A stretch of 51,054 nt of DNA, counting the filler, from Jimgerdemannia flammicorona (lineage: Eukaryota): NCBI GenBank assembly GCA_003990765.1. It is 2 parts of 2 records of this genome, joined end to end, with 100 filler letters (N's around TTAATTAATTAA, not from the genome) between each part and the next. Parts side by side here need not be neighbours in the genome. Positions count along the whole stretch, not along the records: positions 1 to 25,478 come from RBNJ01000826.1; 1 more part is not named here. One strand, written 5' to 3'. Below the pieces are notes generated by a model. That model saw nothing but the letters and a program-made list of their open reading frames with translations. It did no database searches and was not told the origin of the DNA. The position numbers and the translations under genes were made by a program. Below are positions 1 to 17,800 of the stretch, one piece after another (the first letter of the stretch is position 1; the number at the start of each line of letters is the position of its first letter).

Positions 1-1176
1 TTTTTTAACAGACTCATGTCCCACAGAATTTTATTAGAAGGGAACCTAGACTATATAGGCCAAAACCCTCCCCCACTACCCACCAAGCACTGCCCCTCCA
101 TTAACCTAGGCTAGCTATTGTCCAGCAGCTCGACCATGCCAGATGCAGCAGGGCTGATGGAGGCCTGCACCTCATTCTGTGCACTATGCTCTCCCTACTA
201 CCAGGGGAAACCCAACCATATGCCAATGACCGAAAGTGCACACCTGAGAACCCAACGTATGTACAAGGCCATGCCCAAGCCAAATAGAATAGCCTCTGCC
301 ACCCCAAAGAGAATGACAGGCAAAGAAAAAATCCTCATCAAAGTACAACATGGTGGGTAGGGCCTGGTTCTCCCAGTTGAGATGAGTAAAGAACTTACAT
401 GTGAGGTGGGAGGAGATCCCCAATACCCCACTACTCAAGCCTGCGGGCCTTGATCACGTTGCTATGTCAGCTCTCAGTTCCAGTTGAGTGCAGCCAAGAT
501 ACCTGAAATGGGTAGCCTCAGGCCTCCTGACTCCCCCTAATGACTGGGGCCCAATCCTGCTGACTGCCAAAAGAAGCTGATAGTGACACCTACTACCTAA
601 CTGCACTGCACCAATCAAAAGACCCCACTGAAGCAGCACCTGCCCCAGCCCTGATGACCACCCCCAGCCTGGCACCCTACTAATTCATCGTAATCGCTCT
701 TCCTCTTATCTGTAATGGCCATCTCCCCTTCCATCCTGACAATACCTGAAAAACAGTCACCTATGCCAGAACCGCACTCACCGGGAAGCTCGCCAAAGCC
801 AGAGGGCCCCACCACAGGCACCGAAGACCTGCAGATAACCTATACTGAGCACTTAATGCCCAAGGTCAGCTGACTTCCTACATAGCCCGAGACATACCGA
901 GACAGCACCTTGTTGGCGATGGCAAAAGGAAGAAGGCACTGCACCAAAACAGGTATACCCCAGATGCAGCTGAAGGCACCAGAACCTGCGAAAAAGTGGA
1001 GGAAGCACCAATCTGACACTGATAAAGGGGCAACTTGTCACCATTGCCCTCCTCCCACCATGCCCCTGCAGGCACAGCAAACCAATCTGAAGTAGAGGGG
1101 GTAATAATAGGGGAAAGGAGACTTGGAAGATCGCCTACCAAACCTTGTGACCAGTAAGGTAGCAGAGAAAGGGGTG
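1..1176 (-). mobile_element. ~1.18 kb polyadenylated non-autonomous retroposon (SINE-like), copy 1; tail runs off the window edge
   Basis: Reverse complement of 1651-2832 along its length; poly(T) at 1-6 with a TTTATT (AATAAA on minus) close by; abuts Gypsy LTR sequence at ~1177. Confidence 0.85.
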
Positions 1177-2969
1177 TGGTATTATGTCAGAGAGACTGGC
1201 TCCACTGCAAAGTTGTATCTAATCTTATAATAGGCTCTCTGGAAATAGCAGATGGTGCAGATTCTTTCTGAATCAGCAGACTTCTTAAATAACTTGAGTT
1301 CTCTTTAGACTTATCTAATAAGTAAACCAAAATATAACAGACTTTTCTTTATATCAGAAAGTGGACCAGAGTGGAAAATAGCTTACAACTTCTTAGCAGT
1401 AGTTTGTTGGCAAGTTTCTCCTCCTAAGTATATTAGACAATTGGCTTTTACTTTTGATTTTCAGATTGAGGTTTATTCACTCTTATCTCTAGAATATTTT
1501 ATATAGTTATAATTGCTATCTGGTTACTATGTTACTAATTATAGATTACTATCTATGGTAAGTATTTCTAGATAGTATAGTATACTAGACCAGTATGGTA
1601 TACTGATTTAGTATAGTATACTAAATCAGTACAGATAAATATACTGTTTCCAGCTCCTTTCTCTGCTATCTTACTGGTCACAAGGTTTGGTAGACAACCT
1701 TCCGAGTCCCCTTTCCCCTATTATTACTTCCTCTACCTCAGGTTGGTTTGCTGTGCCTACAGGGGCATGGTGGGAGGAGGGCAATGGTGATAAGTTGTCC
1801 CTTTATCAGTGTTGGATCAGTACTTCCTCCACTTTTTCGCAGATTCTGGTGCCTTCAGCTGTATCTGGGGTATATCTGTTTTGGTGCAGCGCCTTCTTCC
1901 TTTTGCCATCACCAACAAGGTATTGTCTTGGTGTGTCTCAGGCTATATAGGGAGTCGGCTGACCTTGGGCATCAAGTGCTCAGTATAGGTTACCTGCAGG
2001 TCCTTAGTATCTATAGTGGGACCCTCTGGCTTTGGCGAGCTTCCCAACAAGCGTGGTTCTGGCATAGGTGACTGCTTTTTGGGTATTGTCGGGATGGGAG
2101 GGGAGATGGCCATTACAGATAGGTAGAAGGGCGATAATGGTGAACCAGTAGGGTGCTAGGCTGGGGGCAGTCATTGGAGCTGGGGCAGGTACTACTTTGG
2201 TGGGGCCTTTTGATTGGTGTGGTGTGGTTAGGTGGTAGGTATCACTATCGGCTTCTTTTGGTGGTCAGCGGGGTTGGGCCCCAGTTGTCAGGGGGGGTCA
2301 GGAGGCCCAAGGTTACCCATTTCAGGCATCTTGGCTATACTCAACTAGAACTGGGAGCTGATATGACAATGTAATCAAGGCCTACAGGCTTAAGTAGTGG
2401 AGTATTGGGGGTTTCCTCCCACCTCACATGTAAGTCCTTTACTCACCTCAACTGGAAGAACCAGGCCCTACCCACCATGTTGTACTTTGATGAGGGTTTT
2501 TTATTTACCTGTCATTCTCTTTGGGGTGGTAGGGGCTATTCTATTCGGCTCGGGCATAGCCTTGTACATATGTTGGGTTCTCAGGCATGCACTTTTGGTC
2601 ATTGGCATATGGTTGGGTTTCCCCTGGTGGTAGGGAGAGCATGGTGTGCAGAATGAGGTGCGGGCCTATCAGCCCTGCTGCATCTGGTATGGTCGAGCTG
2701 CTAGACAATAGCTAGCCTAGGTTAATGGGGGGGCAGTACTTAGTGGGTGGTGGGGGAGAGTTTTGGCCTATATAGTCTAGGTTTCCTTCCAATAAAAATC
2801 CATGGGACATAAGTCCATTAAAAAAAAAAAAAAGATAAATATACTGTTTCTGGTATCTCTGGCTAATTTTACAGATTGGTATAGTAAAGCAGTCTTGATT
2901 GCTTAGTATACTAGATATAGTATGTGGTTAATTTATAATTTCAGTAGTACAATTTTGCTGCTTATCACA
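1177..2969 (-). repeat. 3' LTR of Gypsy A (partial), interrupted by SINE-like copy 2 and cut by copy 1
   Basis: Starts TGTGATAAGCAG on minus at 2969, directly after the PPT; aligns with the 5' LTR (e.g. aacagacttttct...gagtggaaaatagct at ~1337 and ~22241). Confidence 0.85.
1651..2832 (+). mobile_element. ~1.18 kb polyadenylated non-autonomous retroposon (SINE-like), copy 2, complete
   Basis: Exact 18-bp TSD agataaatatactgtttc at 1633-1650 and 2833-2850; AATAAA at ~2791; poly(A) ~2820-2832; no RT or endonuclease motifs. Confidence 0.92.
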
Positions 2970-3014
2970 TCAGCCCCCACTAAAGGATAGTCTATTCTCA
3001 GACTATCCTTTAGT
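2970..3014 (-). promoter_or_regulatory. Polypurine tract and adjacent 15-bp stem-loop of Gypsy A
   Basis: Minus strand gtgggggctga abuts the LTR TG; inverted repeat actaaaggatagtct (2979-2993) / agactatcctttagt (3000-3014). Confidence 0.75.
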
Positions 3015-3199
3015 TATTATTTCAATATATATAAGTATCTTCAGTATTAATATCTGAACTATTATCTTCATTTGAATCAGAGTTACTCTATTTGACAGAT
3101 TCTTCTTCTTCCTCTGGAAACAGAATTTTGATATGGTTGATAATACTTAAGTAGATAGTGAGATTCATTTATTATATATTATTCAGAGAGAACTGTATC

Positions 3200-3882
3200 T
3201 GTATCAATACTGGGGTGGTTTGAATTTTCCATAGAATCTCAGATAAGCAGAGGTCTCAGTTAGTAGAATTGACTTGGGCAAGTCTTTTCTTGATAGTCTG
3301 GTTCATTTATTCTATCATATCATTGATCTAAGAGTAGTATAATATGGTCTGTTTAAGATGGATCTTGTAAATTTAGGTATAACTTATGATTATATTATTG
3401 ATGAATTCTGTGCCTCAGTTAGAGATAAGTTCTTTTAAAAGTCTATATCTGAGTGTGAGTCTATAGAAGAGGCCTACAATTGTTAAGATCTCTGTAATTT
3501 CTATTAGAAAAACTTTAGACCACTTAGTCAGATGTTTCATAAATATAAGAATATACTTATTCCTTCTTAGTATAATAGATAAAGGTCTAATTATACCTAC
3601 TTCCTATCTCTGAAAGATGTTTTCTAATAGTATAATTAGTTGTAATAATGCTTGATAGTTCTTTCTTCCTTAAGATATTATATTTCTTAAGTATATTCTA
3701 GACTTGTGTTCTGAGATTAGACTAATATTAGTATATTGTTAGTAGCTCTTCTTCTATATTCATCTATTCTTAGTAGACTTTCTAGTGTTCTTTTCAGATG
3801 AGATCTTCTTGTGCTCTGATAGTCTGAGGAGCTTTCTTTAGCATGCAGTTTCTTAGTACAATCTTCTTCTGATTTATTGGAG
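3200..3882 (-). pseudogene. Gypsy A integrase (zinc-binding region and DDE core), many stops
   Basis: Minus translation gives IFQR*EVGIIRPL, NKYILIFMKHLTKW, ELISN*GTEF and YYS*INDMIE*MNQTIK, matching rve motifs after reverting transitions. Confidence 0.8.
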
Positions 3883-3892
3883 TTAGTGAGAA

Positions 3893-3942
<50 letters not shown>

Positions 3943-4044
3943 GTGTTTGTGGGAAATTTTTTTTTTTTTTTTTTTTTTTTATAGTCACTTGGACTCCTTT
4001 ATTCCACTAGTCTATAGAGTTACACTATTCATATCTCTCATCGA

Positions 4045-7000
4045 TTACCCTAGAACAACAATGGCCCCCTCCCTCCACTACATAATAATAATACAAGAAA
4101 GGGCCCTTCAGCCTACACCTTCTTTTCACCTCACCCCCTTCTCACCAAGTACAAGGTGCTCCTGACTCTTCTGGACAATGTCCAACACCTTCCTCATGGC
4201 CCCCACCTGGTGCCTCTTCCCCTGATACTACCACCCTTGCACCACTTCTAACAGCAACCCTTTCCACCACTCCACCAATTCTCCGATTCCTATCCAAGGA
4301 TCTCTCTTGAACACCCATCGCCAGTATACTGCCATCAATACCCAGATGCCAATAATCTGACCCAGGCCTCCCCAGATGTCCCCAATTTCACCCACCAGTT
4401 GACGCTTGATCACTCGACAAGAGGGGCCACCTGTCTGCTCACTCTCTACTCCCCAATAACCTTCTAATGTCTGCCAAAATCCTTCAACCCCTGGGCACTC
4501 AGCCAGAACATGCTCCGGTATCTACACTACTCTGCCATCTAGCTCACAACACTACTCACATTCCTTTACACCATCCTCGACCATCCACCCCATCCTGTAC
4601 CCCAGCATGACATTCCTCCACAGAAATCGCCACCATACTACCCAGAACTTGGGTGGGACAATCTTGAGTAGAGAGGTCCCCCAACCCCACACCCGGTCCC
4701 ACTCCCACTCTTCACCATACCCGGCCTTCTGCCAGCCAACCAGCCACCTCTCAAGCGGTCCTGTCCAGATCCACTCCATCACCCCAGTTAAAGAGTACTC
4801 TAACAATGGGTGGCCGCCAATATGAATCTCACCAAGTTGCCACCATTGCTGTTCCAGGTCCTCCTCTTCTCTGCCAGGCTCCAGGCCTGTAAGCCCCATT
4901 GCTAGCCATGCTTCTACAATACCCCACCAGAATCCCCGATAGCGCAGCCTGCCAACTTTTCCAACCTGGAGCAAATCTTGTATATCCTTCCGAAGCTCAT
5001 CCTGGGGGCAGAACCTAACTTCCCAATTGTTCTTGGCTAGTTTGCTCCAACCCTCCCCTCTTAATTCTGCCATTCGACAACCCCACCAGCCCTGAAGTAC
5101 CTTCAGCTGCCTTCTAAAGTCCACCAGCCCCAGACCTCCATCTGCCTTTGGTGTCACCATTATCTCCCAGCTAATCTGAGATCTTCTTCCCTGCCATAGC
5201 CATCCTTCGACCACCTTCTTCAGTTTCTATACCACCCACCCTAGAAAGTCCAGGTAGTACCCCAGGTACCACAGCTTCGGCAATCAATATACATTCAAAA
5301 CTACAATCCTCCCAACCAAAGAAAATCCCCTCCCCGATCAGCCCACCAAAGAATTCTCCCACTTCTGTATCAATCCACACCACTACTCTTTTGGCAGCAC
5401 CATCCCATATATCGAGAACCAGATGTCCAAATATTGCACTGCTTCTCCAGAACCAACCAAATGTCCAAAATGTCCATGCTCCCCCAAGCCAGCTCTAAGC
5501 TCCATAGTCTCACACTTGCCCCAGTTCAGCTTCACCCCTGCCAGCATCTCATACTGCCCTACCCCTTTTTGCAAGCATGCCACATCCTCCACACTGCCTA
5601 ATCCTACCATCATGTTATCCACAAAGGCCCCTAGCTTCCAGACCACCTCCCCTATCTTCAACCCAGTAAGCCTCCCCTTCAGCCATGCCAACAAGGGCTC
5701 TAAAGATAAAATATAAAGCAGGGGTGAAAGAGGATCTCTCTGTGGCACACCTCATCCTAAGAGAAACTCCGGACCACTCTACCCATTCATCAATACTGCA
5801 GCCTGGCAACCTCACACCAGACCCATCAGCTTTTGAGCCTCCCCCATGCCAAACCCAGCCTTCCATAGAACTGCCTCCAAGTAGTTCCACCTCACCCTAT
5901 CATAAGCCTTTTCCTGATCCAAGAACACCATTCTTCCATTGACTTGCCAGCTTCTACATCTCTCCAAAACATTTTGCACCCAGGCCGTACTGTCTTGAAT
6001 CTGTCTCCCCTTCACAAACCCTTGCTATTCCTTACCAACCAATTTGCCAATCCATTGCTGCATTCTCCCTGCCAGAATCTTGGAGACCAACTTCCTATCC
6101 ACATTCAGTAATATGATGGGCCTCTAGTTCTGCCACACACATCTGTCCCCTTTCTCCTTGTAGAGCAGAGAGACTAGTCCCAAGGAGCTATTGCCAATCC
6201 AGCAGCCTTCCCCCAGTGTAAAGTTTGCCATTTCCACCAACCATTCCCCAAACTCAGTCTGAAACTCCTTCCAGAACTCCCAGGGCAGACCATCCTCCCC
6301 TGGCGACAAGTCCACCTGCACTTTTCTCAGAACCTCCATCACTTCTTCGAGGGTCACCCTACCCATTACTGCCCCACCAATTGTAGGCTCTGCCTCCACA
6401 GGCCAGCCGCCAACCAAATTGTTATTATTCTCTAGTGCTGCCTCTCCTTCCATCAGCCCTCCATCATCCTGCCATAGAGAGCACCATCAACCAGAGATCT
6501 TCCCAAGCATATCCGTGATATCTGTCACCTCTGTTCCATCCTCTCGCAACACCAAGGCCCAACTGTGCCACACTCTCCTGGCCTTCAAGATTCCTGATAA
6601 GTATTTGGTGGGTTGCTCTCCTTCCTCCAACCTCCTTGCTCGCAATCTCGCCAGCAACCCATCCACCACCCTGTCTTCTGCTGCCTTCAAATCTGACTGC
6701 AACTCAGCTACCTCCTTGATCAATAGGGAGCACTGTTCCCCTGAGGAGTTCTCTCCTTCCAGAAGTTTAAGCTGCCAGCGAAGCCCCTGCTCCACTCTCC
6801 TTTCTCTATCCTTCTGCTCTCTTTCAGCTACTTCTCCTACATCATGCCAATATGCACCTGCTAGATGTTTAAATTTTCCCCACCACTGTGCTATTGGCTG
6901 GCCACCATACTTCCACCATGCTACTTCCTGTCTTGCGATTTTAACAAACTTGTCTCACTCCACCTGTCTCTTGAGTAGTGCCACATTAAGTCTCCATCTA

Positions 7001-7743
7001 CCTCTACTGCCACTGGTCACCTGGAATCTCCCACACACCTCCACACTCCAGTGATCTGACCAGGGACACCACCATACCTCTGATAAGTCCAAAATATTAC
7101 CCCAGTATTCTGCTACCAGGATCCAGTCAATCCTCATCCCAATCAAGTTCTTACCAATCAGATGCCACCTAGTAAATAGCCCTGACTTCTCACCTCGACG
7201 TTGCCATACTCCATCAACCAAACCCATTTCCTTCTCAGCTTGAAGCCATCATGAGAGCCCAGTGGAGACCACTATACTGACTCCACCATCTGACCTATCT
7301 AATGTCCTATCATGTACCATATTAAAGTCCCCTCCCAGAATGTCCAGCCCAATCTCCTCTCGGCCTCCCCAATCCAGCCAACCTTCCACCCATTGATTTC
7401 GCTCCCTGCCAACTGCCAGCAGATACACCGAGCCAACCACCAATCCATCACCAGCTCCTCCTTTCAATCTCCCCCAGACCAATCAATCACCATAATTCTC
7501 AACCTCCTTCAGTTCTCCTCTCCCCAATCCAATCAAGATGCCCACCTGCTCATTCCACCCTGCACTACCAAACCATTTCTTGCTCCACTCCTCATAATCT
7601 TGCTCCCCATAGGCTCAAATGTCCTGTAGAAATACCACATCATACCTCCTGTTCTTCAGCCACCTAAATAAATGCCTCCACTTCACTCTATCCCGCAAAC
7701 CATTGACATTTAGCGATAATATACGTAGACTATTCATCATCAT
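4045..7743 (-). pseudogene. LINE-A ORF2: APE endonuclease, reverse transcriptase, C-terminal cysteine region (disrupted)
   Basis: ILSLNVNGLR, GGDFN, RIDWIL, WSDH, SPGEDGLP, FLDQEKAYD, PQRDPLSP, AFVDN (FADD), GGLGL in the ORF fragments. Confidence 0.9.
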
Positions 7744-7755
7744 GAATATAAATGT

Positions 7756-9512
7756 TTAAAGCTCAGCCAGAGTCACCACCACCTTTTTGGCCCTACCGTA
7801 GATTATTGCCTTCCGTTTCTCACAGATAGCCCTCCAGATGCAGGCTCCATTCGCACCACTGCAGAAGGCATCCACTCGCTCCGATGCCACCTTCCTGATA
7901 TCAGCCATACAATCCTCATCCACCTCATATTCTTCATCATCCAGAAGTGCTGCCACCATCACTGTCACCAACTTCGGCCCCTGCAATACCACATTGAGGA
8001 ACCCTTCCCAGGCCTCCTGCGATCCATTAAACACATTCACTTCCTTGATATCCTCCTCTGCAAGTTCCTCGAGCACTGCCTGATACCAGTCATCTGCCAT
8101 CATCACTATGGGCCCAGGCATGGCTGGCCTTGGGGTCCTGCTCAGCTCCTGCAGCATCTCTCTATCCATTGACACATCGGAAGCCACATCCACCAGGTTG
8201 TCCTCCTTAGTGCCTTTCTCCAGCCGAACTACTTCATCTACTTCTGGGCATTTCCAATAAACATTCACTGCTCCCGCCCCCCAGTGTTCACCTCCTCCTT
8301 ATCTGCCCACTTCCCCTTTACTAGTGTATGAGTAGAGCTCTCCACTCCCCCTAGTTGTGCAAAGAACACCTCGGCTGTCTCCATCTCTTCCATCTGATTC
8401 TTGGCCACCTCTGCTCTCTCCTTTTTCTCCTTTTCTGAGCCCTGGAGGACCATCTGCAGGTGCTCCCAGTTTGCCCTTCACTACCTCTTCCTCCTCCCAT
8501 CTGTTGGGATCCAGATCCAGTCCTTGGCAAACTCCTCCCATCTCCTCTTCCGCAATTCCTTCGCAGCCTCTCTCTCCTCTAGGGCGACCAGCAATTCCTC
8601 CTCCTCCTGTTCAGAACCTTTCCTTCTCCACACTTTGCACTCCTGCCCTCCAATATGAATCACTTCTGGCCAGTCCCTCCCTTGCCCTGTGGCCTCCTTA
8701 CTCTCCAGTCTCACCATCACCTCACAATTGCCATTCCTCAGCTTGGTTCCCTCCCAGAACATGAATCCAAAGTCAACCATCTTGCCAAATGCCCCCAGCA
8801 CCTCTGCCACCATTCCCTTGGTCTCCTGTCTCCCCAGTGTTGGCAGCCCTTTAACCATCAGTCGCACTGCCCATGGGTCCCACCTCAGACACCTTGCTAT
8901 GCCAACCTTGATGCTCTTGACAACCAGCCCTTTCTCCAGGGCCTTCACCATCTCCTCCTCCTCAACAAATCCTATCTCAACTGCCTCTGCTAATGGGATG
9001 AACTTCAGTAACTCGGCCCCTGCAATCTCCTCTTCCACTAGCCACAAGACCTCTCTAGCAGACATCCCCAGCCCCAAGAAATTCACTAAAATAGCCCATG
9101 TTGACACTGACTTGTGGAAGAAGAGATGCACCACCAGTTCACCAGAACCTACTGCCATCATCACCTTCTTCTTGTTCTCTGATACTCCAGCAGTCACCCC
9201 AGCCACCAGCCCAGCCCCAGGAATACCAGTCCCAGCCACACTACTTCCGGACCCCTGGCCCCTAGCAGGCACCTGACCCATCACCTGACCAGTCACCTGG
9301 CCAGTCACCTGACTCCTACCCCTGTCTACACTACATTCCTCCTGCCCTACCCCCATGGGCCTGGCAGCCACCCTCCTGCCCCCCATCACCATATGCCAAC
9401 TCTCAATACCAGCCTGCCTCCCCTGACCACCTGTATTCCTAGCTCCTACATCAGCCCCAACCATTGCTGTGAAACTCTTAGGAAGACCCAGACCAGGCCT
9501 CCTTCTCTCCAA
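7756..9512 (-). pseudogene. LINE-A ORF1 (gag-like, RRM-like core, acidic C-terminus), disrupted
   Basis: ORF fragments 8481-9512 and 7756-8268 lie upstream of ORF2 and are homologous to the ORF at 45820-47403 (RCLRWDP, FG..VD.GF..WEGT). Confidence 0.8.
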
Positions 9513-9736
9513 ACACTCAGAGCTTGATGAACTCTGGATCGCTATCTGACGAAAACTCCACTGAAACAGACAAGACTTGTTGTATATTGTAGCTAGACTC
9601 CTGCTGCACCTTGTACACCAGAATAGATGATGGGAAAACTTGAAAACATATTGCTTGTCATGAAAAGATGTCTGTGTGGCTTAGCTTGCTTGGAATAGTT
9701 CAAGCAAAAGGAGTCCAGCTCTATTAGTGAGAAAGT

Positions 9737-11110
9737 ATATCAATATTGTTATGAGCTTTCTCTACTTTATAAATGATAGTGATTTTATAATCCTAAAGGA
9801 TAAGAATCTAGTGGACTAGGATTTTGGTGAGTTTCTTATAATTGAATAGTTATTAAGAGCTGCATAGTCAGTTATCAGGGTAAATCTTTTTCTGATGAGA
9901 TAATACTTGAATAGAGTGACTGCTTATATAACTATAAGATATTCTAGTTTAGTGCTACTATAGTTGATTTGCTACTGATTAGTTACTTAGCTTATATAAG
10001 CTATTACATAGTATTATTAGTCAGGTCCTTCTTGGGCTAGAACTACTCTGAGGCCATCTTTGGAGACATCTGTATACTAGATGAATGGTTTCTATAGATT
10101 AGATCAAATAAGAATTAGTGCTATAGTTATACAGTACTTGAGTTCTTTGAAGGCTTTCTCTTATAATTCTGTTCATTTGTAAGATACTTCTTTCTTGAGA
10201 AGAATTCAGATTGGGGTAGCAATTTGGGCAAAGTCCTTGATAAACCTTCTATAGTAGGATACTAGTATCAGAAATGATAGTGTTTCCTTCAGGGTCTTGG
10301 GTACTGACTAATTATTGATCTTCTTAGTTTTCTTTAGGTCTATATGAGTTTTTTCTTTTAAAACTATAAATCTAAGATATTCAAGTTTCTGTTTCCCAAA
10401 AAAGCATTTCTTGGCATTGAGTCTCAGGTAGTTCTTGTAGGTGAGCTTGAAGAATTCTTCTAGGTAGTGTAGGTATTCCTCAAAATTTACTAAATAGATA
10501 TTGGAATTATCTATGTATACAATTAGGCAGTAGTGGATCAATGGGCCATAGAATGAATTCATCATTCTCTGGAAGGTGGGAGGTATATTGCAAAGTTCAA
10601 AGGGCATTCAGAGATACTCAAATAGTTTCCCTAGAACAAGGAAGGCTGTCTTCTAAATATCTTTGAGATTTATGGAAATCTTATAGAATTCTGCAAAAAG
10701 GTCCTACTGCTGAAGTATCTGGTATCTTATAACTAATCTAAGAGATCATCAATTCTGAGCAAAGGATAGACATCCTTTTCAGTGACTAAATTGAGTTTTC
10801 TATAGTCTATGCAGAGTCTCTATCCTCCTTTCTTTAGTGCAATAAGTATAGGGCTAACCCAAGAGCTAGTTGAGGGTTAGATGACTCCATTGTCTAAGAG
10901 TTCCTAAATGTATTTCTTTTCAAATATCTTTAAGTGATGGGGTATTCTATAGGATTTCTGCCAGATGGGTGTTATATTTCCTATATTTATACTATAGTGA
11001 TATAATGGGTTATATAATAAGTTGCTATAATTAATAGTGAAGATATTTTGATATTTGTTGAAGAGTTCCACTAGTTATTATTATTGCTGGGGTGTCAATT
11101 CTTCTCTAAT
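9737..11110 (-). pseudogene. Gypsy A reverse transcriptase and RNase H
   Basis: MPFELCNIPPTFQRMM and VYIDN (YIDD) in ORF 10308-10607; upstream LCIDYRKLN and DVYPLLRIDDL-like; downstream TDVS and ITDYAAL RNase H motifs. Confidence 0.88.
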
Positions 11111-11509
11111 ATTGGTGGAAGGCTTTACTGTCTCCTGGGTCACAGAGAAGTCTTTCTTTTCTTCTGGGACTTTTTGCTATTTTCTGATAGATTTAGCTTA
11201 TAGACTTCTCTGTGAGTTTAATTGAGGAAGAGTACTAAGTATCCTATGATGGTTCCTTTTGGCAAGATGATGCTTTCTCAGCTCTAATTGATTGCTCAGA
11301 AGAATACTGGATTTATCTTATCAAGAAATATATATCCCTTAATGTTCAGGTTTGGGATATCTTCATTAAGTTTAAAGAAGAGATTTCTGGAGTTAGATAG
11401 TATAAAGATTTTGAAGATGGTTTGCTCTCCTGGCTCTAGGATAAGATTTTTGTATAACTTGACTAGTTGGTAATATACTTACTGGGGGGTATTCTTCTTG
11501 AGGTGTCTT

Positions 11510-17646
<6,137 letters not shown>

Positions 17647-17800
17647 GTTGGATGTAAGTTCCTTTAGATAGTTATATAGCTAGTTCTATTCTAAACATCA
17701 ATATTCTTCCAGGCTTGATGGATTTATCCTCTAGACTATAGATATTATACCCTATGTCTTCCTAGTGAGCTTTGGTCAGGGGTTTAGTCTTGAGATATAG
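17647..17800 (-). pseudogene. dUTPase domain of Gypsy A, N-terminal part (motif 1)
   Basis: LYLKTKPLTKAH*EDIGYNIYSLEDKSIKPGRILMFRIELAI*LSKGTYIQ, equivalent to P.KA..DAGYDIYS...I.PG......TG.AI.LP.GTY; in frame with 11510-11690 across the TSD. Confidence 0.85.

Larger units (their letters stand above)
3896..9723 (-). mobile_element. LINE-A: full-length L1/Tx1-like non-LTR retrotransposon (~5.8 kb)
   Basis: Poly(T) ~3896-3980; 13-bp TSD ttagtgagaaagt at 3883-3895 and 9724-9736; ORF1 plus APE-RT ORF2. Confidence 0.93.

Noticed and set aside
651..660. ctgatga in SINE-like copy 1
   Set aside because: The less mutated copy reads ccgatga and no GAAA or stems follow; mutation artefact.
1670..1712. 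Possible tRNA-derived A/B boxes at the SINE-like 5' end (tggtcacaagg, ttccgagtccc)
   Set aside because: Poor consensus match; the A-box-like TGG differs in other copies (cag, probably ancestral CGG); no cloverleaf.
2430..2464. GTAAGT...CAG 35-nt intron-like segment in the SINE-like element
   Set aside because: Very short and retained in all retroposed copies, which argues against splicing.
101..2656. Many short ORFs repeated in the SINE-like copies
   Set aside because: They recur only because the DNA is repeated; stops are revertible in several frames and no domain is recognisable, so none is called a gene.
3794..3988. Poly-Lys/poly-Phe ORFs here and at 11675-11860, 25245-25530 and 42083-42316
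   Set aside because: Translations of homopolymer runs.
9546..9570. ctgacga...gaaac hammerhead-like core in the LINE-A 5' UTR (antisense)
   Set aside because: The intervening aaactccact forms no stem II and no stem I/III pairing is evident.
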